Positions 11,633 through 22,989 of a stretch of DNA of 64,000 nucleotides are shown here, in pieces. Under the pieces are notes generated by a model, which was given only the letters and a program-made list of their open reading frames with translations, did no database searches and was not told the DNA's origin. The translations under genes were made by a program, and so were the position numbers. Where the stretch lies: assembly GCF_028641065.1 (NCBI RefSeq), contig NC_073381.1:92938001-93002000 (forward strand). The letters are read 5' to 3'. Each line of letters begins with the position of its first letter. Position 1 is the first letter of the stretch. This stretch comes from Leucoraja erinacea (taxonomy: Eukaryota).

Positions 11633-13050
11633 GAATTACAGACCAGTTAGCCTAACATCGGTAGTGGGGAAACTGCTAGAGTCAGTTATTAAAGATGGGA
11701 TAGCAGCACATTTGGAAAGTGGTGAAATCATTGGACAAAGTCAGCATGGATTTACGAAAGGTAAATCATGTCTGACGAATCTTATAGAATTTTTCGAGGA
11801 TGTAACTAGTAGCGTGGATAGGGGGAGAACCAGTGGATGTGGTGTATCTGGACTTCCAGAAGGCTTTCGACAAGGTCCCGCATAAGAGATTAGTATACAA
11901 ACTTAAAGCACATGGCATTGGGGGTTCAGTATTGATGTGGATAGAGAACTGGCTGGCAAACAGGAAGCAAAGAGTAGGAGTAAACGGGTCCTTTTCACAA
12001 TGGCAGGCAGTGACTAGTGGGGTACCGCAAGGCTCAGTACTGGGACCCCAGCTATTTACAATATATATTAATGATCTGGATGAGGGAATTGAAGGCAATA
12101 TCTCCAAGTTTGCGGATGAGGACACTAAGCTGGGGGGCAGTGTTAGGTGTGAGGAGGATGCTAGGAGACTGCAAGGTGACTTGGATAGGCTGGGTGAGTG
12201 GGCAAATGTTTGGCAGATGCAGTTTAATGTGGATAAATGTGAGGTTATCCATTTTGGTGGCAAAAACGGGAAAGCAGATTATTATCTAAACGGTGGCCGA
12301 TTGGGAAAGGGGAGATGCAGCGAGACCTGGGTGTCATGGTACACCAGTCATTGAAGGTAGGCATGCAGGTGCAGCAGGCAGTAAAGAAAGCGAATGGCAT
12401 GTTAGCTTTCATAGCAAGAGGATTTGAGTATAGGAGCAGGGAGGTTCTACTGCAGTTGTATAGGGTCTTGGTGAGACCACACCTGGAGTATTGCGTGCAG
12501 TTTTGGTCTCCAAATCTGAGGAAGGACATTATTGCCATAGAGGGAGTGCAGAGAAGGTTCACACCACTGATTCCTGGGATGTCAGGACTGTCTTATGAAG
12601 AAAGACTGGATAGACTTGGTTTATACTCTCTAGAATTTAGGAGATTGAGAGGGGATCTTATAGAAACTTACAAAATTCTTAAGGGGTTGGACAGGCTAGA
12701 TGCAGGAAGATTGTTCCCGATGTTGGGGAAGTCCAGGACAAGGGGTCACAGCTTAAGGATAAGGGGGAAATCCTTTAAAACCGAGATGAGGAGAACTTTT
12801 TTTTCACACAGAGAGTGGTGAATCTCTGGAACTCTCCGCCACAGAGGGTAGTTGAGGCCACCGTTCATTGGCTATATTTAAGAGGGAGTTATATGTGGCC
12901 CTTGTGGCCAAGGGATCAGAGGGTATGGAGAGAAGGCAGGTACGGGATACTGAGTTGGATGATCAGCCATGATCATATTAAATGGCGGTGCAGGCTCGAA
13001 GGGCCGAATGGCCTACTCGTGCACCTAATTTCTATGTTTCTATGTTTCTA
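11633..13050 (+). mobile_element. CR1-clade (HER1-like) LINE, RT region to 3' tail, frameshifted; inserted inside a V-SINE-like element
   Basis: NYRPVSLTS, QHGF..GKSCLTNL, YLDFQKAFD, GVPQGSVLGP, FADEDTK; (TTTCTATG)n tail; SINE halves at about 11440-11632 and 13051-13143. Confidence 0.92.
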
Positions 13051-13143
13051 AGTGCAAACTGCTACAGACAGCACCTGTAGTCAGGATCGAACCTGGGTGT
13101 TCGGCGTTGTAAGGCTACAACTCCACTGCGCCACCGTGCCGCC
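13051..13143 (-). mobile_element. tRNA-derived V-SINE-like head (body continues at 11440-11632); further copies at about 13840-14110, 15515-15735, 34035-34315, 56395-56685 (-) and 63520-63790 (+)
   Basis: Pol III A box (GGTGGCGCAGTGG) and B box (GGTTCGATCC); conserved central GCTGTCTGT..GAGTTTG..CGTTCTCCCCGTG domain. Confidence 0.7.
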
Positions 13144-13265
13144 CTTTTTACTCCTGTAACATTAACAGGTTTGTTGCAAGTGGCTATGAGTGCCTGGTCT
13201 GTTGTTGGCTCCAGTCTGTCTGTTACTGGTTTCGGTACTAGTTTGGTTTGGTTTGCAATAATTAC

Positions 13266-13448
13266 CTGGATCATTTGCTCCGACACTTCAATTTTGAAGG
13301 GCTCAATCGGTTCATCGTCCACCTCCGAAGCCCTTCGATCCCCTTCGCCCCACCAGCCGTCTCCCTCCGGGATGGTCTGGGGGTTCTTGCGCATGAACAT
13401 ATAATAAAGGAGAGCCCCTACTGCCAGGCTGAAGATAATGAGCAACAT
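13266..13448 (-). CDS. EPHX1: EPHX1 first coding exon (MLLIIFSLAVGALLYYMF membrane anchor ... GDGWWG ... PFKIEVSEQMIQ)
   Basis: Hydrophobic N-terminal anchor, DGWWG and I.PF motifs; CAG|gtaatt donor; 183 nt; probable acceptor cttcctccttag places the exon start at 13463. Confidence 0.93.
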
Positions 13449-15877
13449 CTTGCAGAGTTGGATCTAAGGAGGAAGCAGCCAAAGTATTAGTTAGTGAGGG
13501 AAGCCTGGTTTGTATCACAACAGTAAGGAATGCTCAGGAATCTTGGATGTCACAGTTTTCATCTCAAAGAGCCTTTGGGGAAGAGTGATCATAATGTGAT
13601 GAGATTATAAATTGAGTTTGTGAGTGATGTCATTAAGTTCAAGACGTAATAAAGCTGAATCAGAAAGATATATATTAGAGATGGTAGACAAAATTGCTGG
13701 AGAAACTCATCGGGTGCGGCAGCATCTATGGAACGAAGGAAATAGGCAACGTTTCCGGCTGAAACCCTTCTTCAGACCCTTCTCTATATTAGAGATGAAC
13801 TGACCAAGGTCAATCACAGAGCTCAGCATAGAGACACAGAGCCCACACTGACCATCAAACACCCATTTACGCTAATCCTGTCCCAGCCCATTTGTTTTCC
13901 CCACATTCCTATCAACTCCCCCTGGTCCATTCCACTCATCTGGGCGTCAGGGGGAATTTAGGTGACCATTTAACCTACAACCTGCATGTCCTTTGGATGA
14001 GGGAGGAAACCGGAGAAACCGGAGGAAATGCATGTGGTCACAGGGAGAACGTCCAAACTCCAGACTGCAACAGCAGGGGTCAGGATTGAAGCCGCGTCAT
14101 TGCAGCTGTGTGGACTGAGAAATTACATTCAAGGCCATGAACGACAATAGGCAGAATAAAACATTTAAAGGAATAATTCACCATTTTCCATTCATGTTAC
14201 ATTCCCTTCAAGGAACAGAAACCTCCCAAGACAGACAAAGCCACAACAAATAGCACTCCCAAGAAGTTTCTAAGTCAGGAAAGGATGGCACAAAGAGAAA
14301 CCGATGAAGAGTGAATAAACCTCAATTGACTTCTATCGACTTTAATAGACTTCCAACTTCTATACTCAACGGCCTGACAGATGGTTTTCCAAAAACATTC
14401 TTCACCACCCTACCTACCATGGCACCACTTTCAGGGAACTGTATACTTGTATTTCTCAATCCCTCTGCTCTACAAAACCCCAGGGCCCTACCTTACACCA
14501 TGAAGATCCTACTCTGTTTTCACTTCCAAAAATACAACACCTCACACTTATCTGAATTAAACTCCATCAGCCACTCCTCAGCCGTATTGCCCAGCTAGAT
14601 CCACTATAATTCTTAATATCCATCTATGATACCACCTAATTTAGTATTATCTCCAAACTTACTAATCATGCCTCGTACATTCTCGTCTAAATTGATGATA
14701 TAAATGACAAACATCAATAAGCTGTTTAACGTTCATAGATCTGTGGTCACTGGGCCCAAAGTGCTTCCGTATTAACACTTCAGACACCTGCCCTGTCCAA
14801 TTCCCCAAGAGTAGGCCAAGCTTTTCCCTCTACATATTGCCTAAGGAAACTTTCCTGAATACACCTGAGACTCTACCCCATCTAAGTCCTTGGCACTATG
14901 ACAGTTCCCTTCTATATTGAGAAAGTTCAAACCTCCTAATATGACCGCCCTATAATTCTTGCGGCTCTCTGCAATCTCCTGTCATATTTGTATTTCTATT
15001 TCCCGTTGAATATTTGTGATCATCTCCCTTACATTACTCAATTCTACCTATTGGACAATCCTTCAATATAATCATCTCGGAATATACTGCTGCAGCATCC
15101 TTAATCAATAAAGCAAAGCTCCTTCCTCTTTCACCCACACCTCTGCCTTGCCTTTCGCATCTGTACCCTGGAACATTAAGGTACCAATCCTGACCCTTCC
15201 ATAGCCAGCTTTCCATAATGGCTATAATGTCCCAATCGCACAAACCTATTCACGTCCTGAGTTCATCTGCCTTACTTGTCAGGCCTCTAGCATTGAAATA
15301 AATCCGAAAAATCCAACCGTCTTTCCTCGCTCCCTGCTGTGTCTCCGTCTGTCCTATCCACTGAACTTGCTGTCATTGACTTCTTTGTCTCTCATGTCCC
15401 TCTCTACAGCTTTGGACTCTATCCCCTGCCTACCTAGTTTCATTCCTCCCGAGCGTCACTCGCAAACATGCCTGCCAGGATATTGGTCCCCCTCCAGTTC
15501 TGGTGCAACACGTCCAATTTAGTTTAGAGATACAGTGCAGAAACAGGCCATTAACAACCCGCACATTAACACTACCCTACACACACAAGGGACAATTTTA
15601 CACTGGTACAATGCCAATTAACCTACAAATGTGTAAGTCTTTGGAATGTGGGAGAAAACCGAAGATCTCGGAGGAAACCCACGCGGTCATGGGTAGAACG
15701 TCTAAACTCCGTACAGACGGCACCTGTAGTCCTGACTTGCAAAGTTCAAGTTTCAAGTTTACATTTATTGTCACATGCACCAGTTGGTGCAGTGAGATTT
15801 GAGTTACCATACAGCCATACGAAGAAAAACACATTCTTTTTATTCGTATAAGAATGTACAAATTCTTATACCAATAG

Positions 15878-18800
15878 AATTGTAAGATTAAACACGAACT
15901 TACCAGTTTGAAGTTTGATCTGTATTTTATGAGGAGTTACGATGAGGGATTACGTGAAGAGCCCGTTCAGCACGCATGCGCGGCATACTTCAAAGCAGCG
16001 GTGTGGAATCAGATAGACACAGTTATTGAAGTAAACATAGTAAAGAAAAGGAGACATCAGTATATCAGTTTGACCCATATTAATGAGGGTGGGAGCGGAG
16101 GGCACGTAATCCCTCATCGTAACTCCTCATAAAATACAGATCAAACTTCAAACTGGTAAGTTCTCGTTTAATCTTACTATTTTACTTCGGAGTCACGTGA
16201 GTGACTACGTGAAGACTTCAAAGCTCTGTGATTTCAAACCATGTAACAGGTATTACTTCACGCACTGCCGAAGTCCTTGAGGGAGGAAGTGTGTTATCGT
16301 AACCAACCAATGAATCTGTTTGTAGAAAAACACAATGGTATTTTTTTAACAATAACAACAAAGAAATTAAATTGCTCCCCTGGGCTTAAATTAAATATTT
16401 GCAGTCTGTAAAATCTTTCCTGCAAATAAAACAGGTTTTGCCAACGGCTTATTATAAAATTTCTGAACTGTCTTTCCCCCGACTGTCCTGCTGGCTCCAT
16501 GGCCTGTTGTCCTGGAGCTGGTTTTAAATAGACAGGCAGGGCACTTCTAGCTGTGTTGATGGCTCTGTAGCTGAGTCCTTCATCGTGGTGAAGTTTCGCC
16601 AGAAATTCCAGTACGTTGGTAACTGTAGCGGTTGAGTAGGTGATCCCTGTACCCAAGCAGTACTTCTTCCATTTTTTGATGCTGGACAAGTGCTGTTTTT
16701 TAGTGGATGTTCAGAGGGATGCTGACATGGTGTTGACGGTTTGTTCTGATAATCCCAGTCCCAGAAGTGGTTTGTGCAGAATCTGCAACCCAGGAGTTAG
16801 ATTTTTTTTAAATTTTTTTCCATGGCACGGGTGGCTTGTGCCTGACACTGGGTGTTAATAACTCTGGGTCACTGGGGAATATCATCGGAGTTTCAACAAC
16901 CATGTCATGGAGTATCGGGAACCATGGCTGCATAGGCCAGTCGGGTACTATCAAAATACCTGAAGCAGAGTCCATTTGTATTGTGCGTAGTCCCCGACTG
17001 ATGAGGCAGAAGGGAGGAAATGCATAGAAGAAGAATTTCCCCAATCCAGCGCGAACGCATCTACCGCTGCTGCCTCAGGGTCTGGTTCCCAAGCGACATA
17101 CATAGGTACCTGGTGATTTAGCCTTGATGCAAATAAATCGATATCTGGCGTGCCATATTGCTTAATAACTTTTGCAAAATTTCTTTGGGTTTTAACATCC
17201 ATTCGATGTTGTCATTAAATTTACGTGACCTGGTGTCTGCCACTGTATTTAGCTTACCTGGCAGGTAAGTTGCTGATAGCCAAATATGTCTTTCGCCACA
17301 CCATTGCCAAATTGTGTTGACCAACTTGTCGCATGATACCGATTTTATGCCGTCCATATGGTTAATGTAGGCCACCACCGTAGTATTTATCTATTTGTAA
17401 CCGTACATGCAAGTGATGCATATTTGTGCATATGCTTTAAACCATAAGTCACCCATCTCTAGATAATTAATGCCCAGGGTAAGTGGTAATGATGACTCTG
17501 GGTTAGTCCATCTATTACCTGTGCTGGATATAGAGTTAGTTGCTCCCCAGCCTTGAGCACTGGCATCTGTTTGGATAACTAACATAGGGTTAGTGATGAT
17601 AATAGGGCTGTAAACTATGCCAAACGTTTTTTGCCCACGACTGCAGTTCTGATATTGATTCAGTGGGTAACTTCATGACACGATCATAATGTCGTTTTTG
17701 GTGCCTGTACCTTTGTTCTTTGTAAGTTTTGACAGTGCAAAGGTCCGAATTATGTAGCCGGAAATGCTGCTACCATTTTCCCAATTACTCTGTTACTTGT
17801 CGAGTAGTTGGTAGTTCGTTGACCATTAAATTGTTGTATGATTGTGCCAATTCAACTATTTTGTCTCTTGGCAATGTACAGTCATGTAGACTGAATTAAT
17901 TGTGAAGCCCAAGTAGTCCATGATTGTGGATGGCTTCAACTTAGATTTATCTGGATATAAGACAACCCCAGGGTTTCGAATAACTGTTTGGTAGCTGATA
18001 CAGCTAACAGTCAATTCTATGGTCTTGCCTACCATTTAAGATATCATCAAGATATGCTATGACAATATGTTTTTGTCTTCTGAATATTGCCAGAGCTGGT
18101 TTTAGTATCTTGGTGAACAATCTTGGGCTGATGTGAACCCATTGGGTAACGCTTTAAACTGCTATAGCTGCCCCATCCAGGTAAATTTCAGGTATCTGCG
18201 ATGATCCTTGTGAATGGTACTAAATAGTAAACATCTTTAAGATCAATGCTTGCCATGAAGTATCCTTTGGAAATTAGTTGTTTGGCAGTAACAACCGTTT
18301 CCATTTTGAAATGTATATACTTAACAAACATATTTAGTGAAGTTAAGTCAATGACGATGCGACATCCACCATCTTTTGTGGGTTTAGTGAATATATTTGA
18401 TACGAATTCCAAGGGTTTAGGTTCTCCCATGATACCTTTTGTAATTAGTCTCACCAGTTCAGCTTGTCCCTCTCGTTCTTTAACGGAGAGGTGAAAAATA
18501 TCCTCTGGGGTGAATGTTGATCTGGTGGCAATTTTTCTAGTATGAATTGTATTTGTATCCACTAATGCCATTGAGTATATACTGATCACTCGTGATAGAC
18601 TCCCGTGCTTCTTTAAACAGGTGTAATCTCCCCCCTGTTAGTATTACTCTATACGCTGGTAGGAACCAGACCCACCTACCTCCATGGTTATGGGTATTCT
18701 TTTGTTTCCTGCCGGTCCAACGAGTGTTGCATGTCGTCTGACATGGCGGTGATGTTGGGGGGTGGCACATTTTCCATGGGGTCCGCTCTGGGCCCTGGTC

Positions 18801-19635
18801 TAAAGAAGGCTTTCGGGGATAGAATGCGGACCTCGAGCTTTCATCAGTCCCATATGGTAGACGTCGACTGATGGACGTGATGAGGTGCTGCTGCTTAGAA
18901 ATTATTGTTTTTGGTTTGCTCGTCCCGGCCCTGCCCTCATGAGACCAAACGTTTTTTAAGGCCTCTTCCATGTCCTTCATATGAAAGAACAGTGGGTCTG
19001 GTTCAGTGGCTGGGGTATGCACTACCCCGCAAATGTAGGATTTTATCGCAGGTCTTATGATTTGTTTACGAAGGTTGTGGTCATCTCCGTATTTGTCCAC
19101 GGAATGAGGAAACGATGTGATGGCTGACGTCAGGCTTTTAACGGCCTCCTGCACGTGGGGTTGCCACGTAGCGGTCTACCATACCTAGCAGCTCTTCCTG
19201 TTCCTGCACCCCTTGCATACTCCCGAGATCTTCAGCCATCGTCCCCTCTTCTTGACCAGCCCAGTCCTGGTCACCAAAGCCACCCTCGGGTAAGGAGGAA
19301 GCAATGGACAGTGCAGAAGGCACTGTGGAGGGAGTGCCTGAACTCTCCCTGCGAGAGCGCCCCTCATGAAGCGCGTCTCGCTGGAGCTCAGGCGGCTGTC
19401 TCTCCCACGGACGGGTGGAGACGTCCCCGTCCGACAAGTCGGAAGCCACCGGCCGGGCGCCTCTTCCGTGGCTTTACTTCCAGCCCGCTGCTCAGGCGCT
19501 AGCGGGCTGGGCTCGGCGCGGTGTCGGGGAATAGCAGAGCGCCCAGTAAGCGGTCCTACCGCATTGTTGCTGCCCACCCCAGATGGAACGCTCTTCCGTG
19601 GAGTCGAGCGGGGAACAGGTCTTTTCAGGCGGCTG
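15878..19635 (-). mobile_element. DIRS1-like tyrosine-recombinase retrotransposon, degenerate and 5'-truncated
   Basis: In order on minus: gag-like region; RT (SNIF..P.KDGGCRIVIDL, IHFKMET, ASIDLKD); RNase H (TDASAQGWG, VAYINH, YLPGKLNTVAD); methyltransferase-like domain (IDLFASRLN, YAFPPF, VPDWP.QPW); YR N-terminus (GLSYRAINTARSAL); terminal inverted repeat 15882-15956 / 16103-16177. Confidence 0.88.
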
Positions 19636-19639
19636 GGGA

Positions 19640-20680
19640 CCCCTTTCTGCTTTCCACAGAGACCATTCCCTCTGCAACTCCCCGGTCAACTCATCCCTTC
19701 CCACCCAAACCACCCACTCCCCAGGTACTTCCCCTTGCAACCGCAGGAGATGCAACATCTGTCCCTTTACCTCCCCCCTTGACTCCATCCAATGTTCCTG
19801 ACAGTCTTTTCAGGTGAGGCAGAGGTTCACTTGCACCTCCACCAACCTCATCTACTGCATCCGCTGTTCCAGGTGTCAACTTCTGTACATCGGCGAGACC
19901 AAGTGCAGGCTCGGCGATCGTTTCGCTGAACACCTCCGCTCAGTCCGTCTTAACCCACCTGATCTCCCGGTGGTTCCGTACTTTAACTCCCCCCTCACAT
20001 TCCCAATTTGACCTTTCTGTGCTGGACCTCCTCCATTGTCAGGGTGAGGCCCAGCGCAAATTGGAGGAACAGCACCTCATATTTTGTTTGGGTAGCTTAC
20101 GCCCCAGCAGTATGAATGTAGATGGTTTATGCATGCAACCTATAATGTAGTTACCTCATCACCATTAACACGCACTCTCATATCAGTATAACTATGATCT
20201 CCTCCCTTCTCCTCCTCCCATTTTGTCCTGGTACGCCTGAAGGCTGGGTGCAGCCAGTGCTGGGACGTGTGTGCCATGTGGTATATTAAAGACTATAGTA
20301 AAGGTTACAGTGTGTCAGACTAGACTCCTTTACAATGAACATTGACTTTTCTAACTTCAAATAGCCCTTGCTTTCTCTCTCCATCCCCTCCACCTTCCCG
20401 TCCCCCCCCCCCCCCCCCCCCAGTCTTACTGCCTCGCACGCTGAGTTTCTCCAGCATTGTTATCTACCTTCGATTTTTGCAGCATCTGCAGTTCTTTCTT
20501 AAACGTCTCCGACTACATTCTATCTCTGTCCCGCTCCCTCCCCTGACATCAGTCTGAAGAAGTCTCGACCCGAAACGTCACCCATTCCTTCTCTCCAGAG
20601 ATGCTGCCTGTCCAGCTGAGCTACTCCAGCATTTTGTGTCTACCTTGCATTTAAACCAGCATCTGCAGTTCTTTCCGAAC
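19640..20680 (+). mobile_element. Penelope-like element 3' fragment (GIY-YIG endonuclease plus hammerhead-containing terminal repeat)
   Basis: FTCTSTNLIYCIRC..C..LYIGETK.RL..RF.EH; CTGAAGA...GAAACGTC at 20554-20579. Confidence 0.85.
20117..20334. mobile_element. Solo LTR (218 bp) with 5-bp TSD, inside the Penelope-like element
   Basis: TGTA...TACA ends; ATGAA duplicated at 20112-20116 and 20335-20339; ATTAAA signal inside. Confidence 0.85.
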
Positions 20681-21450
20681 ACATCGAGATGCTGTTCCTC
20701 CAATTTGCGTTTAGCCTCACTCTGACATTGGAGGAGACCGAGGACATAAAGGTCTGTGTCGGATTGGGAAGGAGAATTAAAGTCTCCAGCAACCGGGAGA
20801 TCAGGCGTTCCGCGAAACGATCGCCCAGTCTGCGTTTGGTCTCGCCAATGTATAGAAGTCAACAGGTACACAAAAATGCTGGGGAAACTCAGCGGGTGCA
20901 GCAGCATCTATGGAGCGAATAAAATAGGCAGCGTTTCGGGCCGAAACCCTTCTTCAGACGTCCACATCTTGAACAACTGATACAGGTTGGAGGTGCAAGT
21001 GAACCACTGCCTAACCTGGAAGCCCCGTCCACTGTTGTGGGGAAAGGGAAATCAGTGGTGCTGGGGACGCAGCATCGATACATGGACGATTGGGAGGGTC
21101 CCAGCCGGCGTAGTAAGGGAGGTCAGTTCTGGTCACCGCACCTCCTGCAAGCAGACGAGACACCAGAGACTGAGGAGAATCTGGAGCAACAGTGAACTGC
21201 TGGAGGAGTTCAGCTGGTCAGGCAGCAATTGCGGGGAAAGGAAATTGAGTGCATACAACATCAGGAGAGGTTGCAGCGATTGCAGCGCAGAGGATTAAGA
21301 GGCCGAGGCAGGGTGCAGAGTGAGAGTGGACTTTGTTCACTGAGCGGAGGCAGCAACTATTTTTTTAGTTGAAGAGAGAAATCAAATGCACGGCCCGCCC
21401 GCCCGCGGGCCGCAGCAACCCTGTTGTCCCCAGAGCAACTCGGCACTCAC

Positions 21451-21551
21451 AAGCTCACTCACTGCTCACCCACCACACACGGGGGGACGGAACGGGACGG
21501 GACGGCGGCGGCGACTCCTCAGCTGCAAAGACACTCGAGCAGATCTTCGCT
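21451..21551 (-). other. EPHX1: Putative non-coding first exon of EPHX1
   Basis: CpG-rich non-repeat stretch downstream (on minus) of a ZNF143-type motif, ending in clustered GTGAGC/GTGAGT donors near 21469, 21462 and 21450; the first coding exon has an acceptor and so needs an upstream exon. Confidence 0.4.
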
Positions 21552-21559
21552 CAGCAGAC

Positions 21560-21996
21560 CAAAGATCTTATAGCGAAGCAAGATAGGCTACTCCTGCTAA
21601 ATGCAATGGACTGACGTGTAGTACGCTATGGAGGGGATCATGGGCATTTTTCCACGCCCATTTTAGCAACCTGAGCCTACCTAACCCGACCCGACTCGCA
21701 CTGTAATCAATGTTGCGGGGCAACAGTTTGTGTGGGTCAGATTCATAAATCTGTCAGTTCAAACTTCTTGTCAAGAATAAAATTTGATTCTGGTAATTGT
21801 CTTTTTTAATGTTTTTTAAATCATTTCTTTTTAAATGGCTCACAAACAGTGTTTGAGTTGATTTTGTAGTAACCGGAACCGACCCGACTCGCAGGGTGAT
21901 TGACAGGGGGGGGACTTTTTGTGCGTGATATAGGGTTAGATTCATAATTCTGTTAGTTCATAATTCTGTTGTTGATTCTTCGCTATAAGATCTTTG
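21560..21996. mobile_element. MITE with 19-bp perfect TIRs and 8-bp TSD (P-element- or hAT-type)
   Basis: CAAAGATCTTATAGCGAAG ... CTTCGCTATAAGATCTTTG; CAGCAGAC at 21552-21559 and 21997-22004. Confidence 0.9.
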
Positions 21997-22027
21997 CAGC
22001 AGACTACCCGGGACTCAGCGAGGGATC

Positions 22028-22041
22028 CTGGGAGTTGTAGT

Positions 22042-22043
<2 letters not shown>
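22028..22043 (-). promoter_or_regulatory. ZNF143/THAP11-associated promoter motif GGACTACAACTCCCAG
   Basis: Exact match to the ACTACAnnTCCCA consensus, in a CpG-rich patch between the SRP9 3' end and EPHX1. Confidence 0.7.
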
Positions 22044-22087
<44 letters not shown>

Positions 22088-22989
22088 GTTGCGGCAGCAG
22101 CAGCGCCGCCAGCGGACGGGAGAACTGCAGCACCTGGACTCAGACCCAGTCACATTTATTCTTAGAATAAAGGGGAGGTCATTGAAGACTGAGGTGAGAA
22201 AAAACGTTTTCACCCAGAGAGTTGTGAATTTATGGAATTCCCCACCACAGAGGGCAATGGAGGCCAAGTCACTGGATGGATTTAAGAGAGAGTTAGATAG
22301 AGCTCTAGGGGCTAGTGGAGTCAAGGGATATGGGGAGAAGGCAGGCACGAGTTATTGATAGGGGATGATCAATCATGAACAGCAATGGTCTCCTCCTGCA
22401 CCTATTTTCTATGTTTCTATGAAGGCATCAGCACAAAAGGCTGGATGGAGTAACGCAGCAGGACCGGCAGCATCTTTGGAGAGAAGCAATGGGCGACGTT
22501 TCGGGGTCGAGACCCTTCTTCAGTTACTTCAATCTGAAGTCTCGACCCGAAACGTCACCCATTCCTTCTCTTCAGAGATGCTACCTCGCCCCGCTGAGTT
22601 ACTCCAGAATTTTTTTTTGTCTATCTGCGGTGTAAATCAGCATCTGCATTTCTTTCCTACCCAGTAACATTAGGATGTCTCGGATCCTCTGCTAACCTCG
22701 CCCTTGTGGTGGTGAAGGTGGAGACATAGGAGACAGCAATGCTGGGATGCTGAGGGGGGAAAAAAATACAGTCCGCTGGAATACTCAGTGGGTCGATGGT
22801 CAATGGTTTCTTTATTATCACGTGCACCAAGGTACAGCGAAATACTTTAATGTAGGAACGAACAGCAGATGCTGATCAGGTATGTCCAAGAACACTGTGG
22901 GAAGCAGGGGACGAAATTGTGGGTGCCATCGATAACATGTATGCATTAAAGTTAGCCAATGGTGAGGCACCAGAAGATGTGAGGGCAGC

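Noticed and set aside
13095-13143. tRNA-like A and B boxes
   Set aside because: SINE head; no full cloverleaf
22044-22085. Long homopolymer G runs (also about 20402-20421 and 56885-56915)
   Set aside because: Lengths are unreliable in assemblies and no function can be inferred
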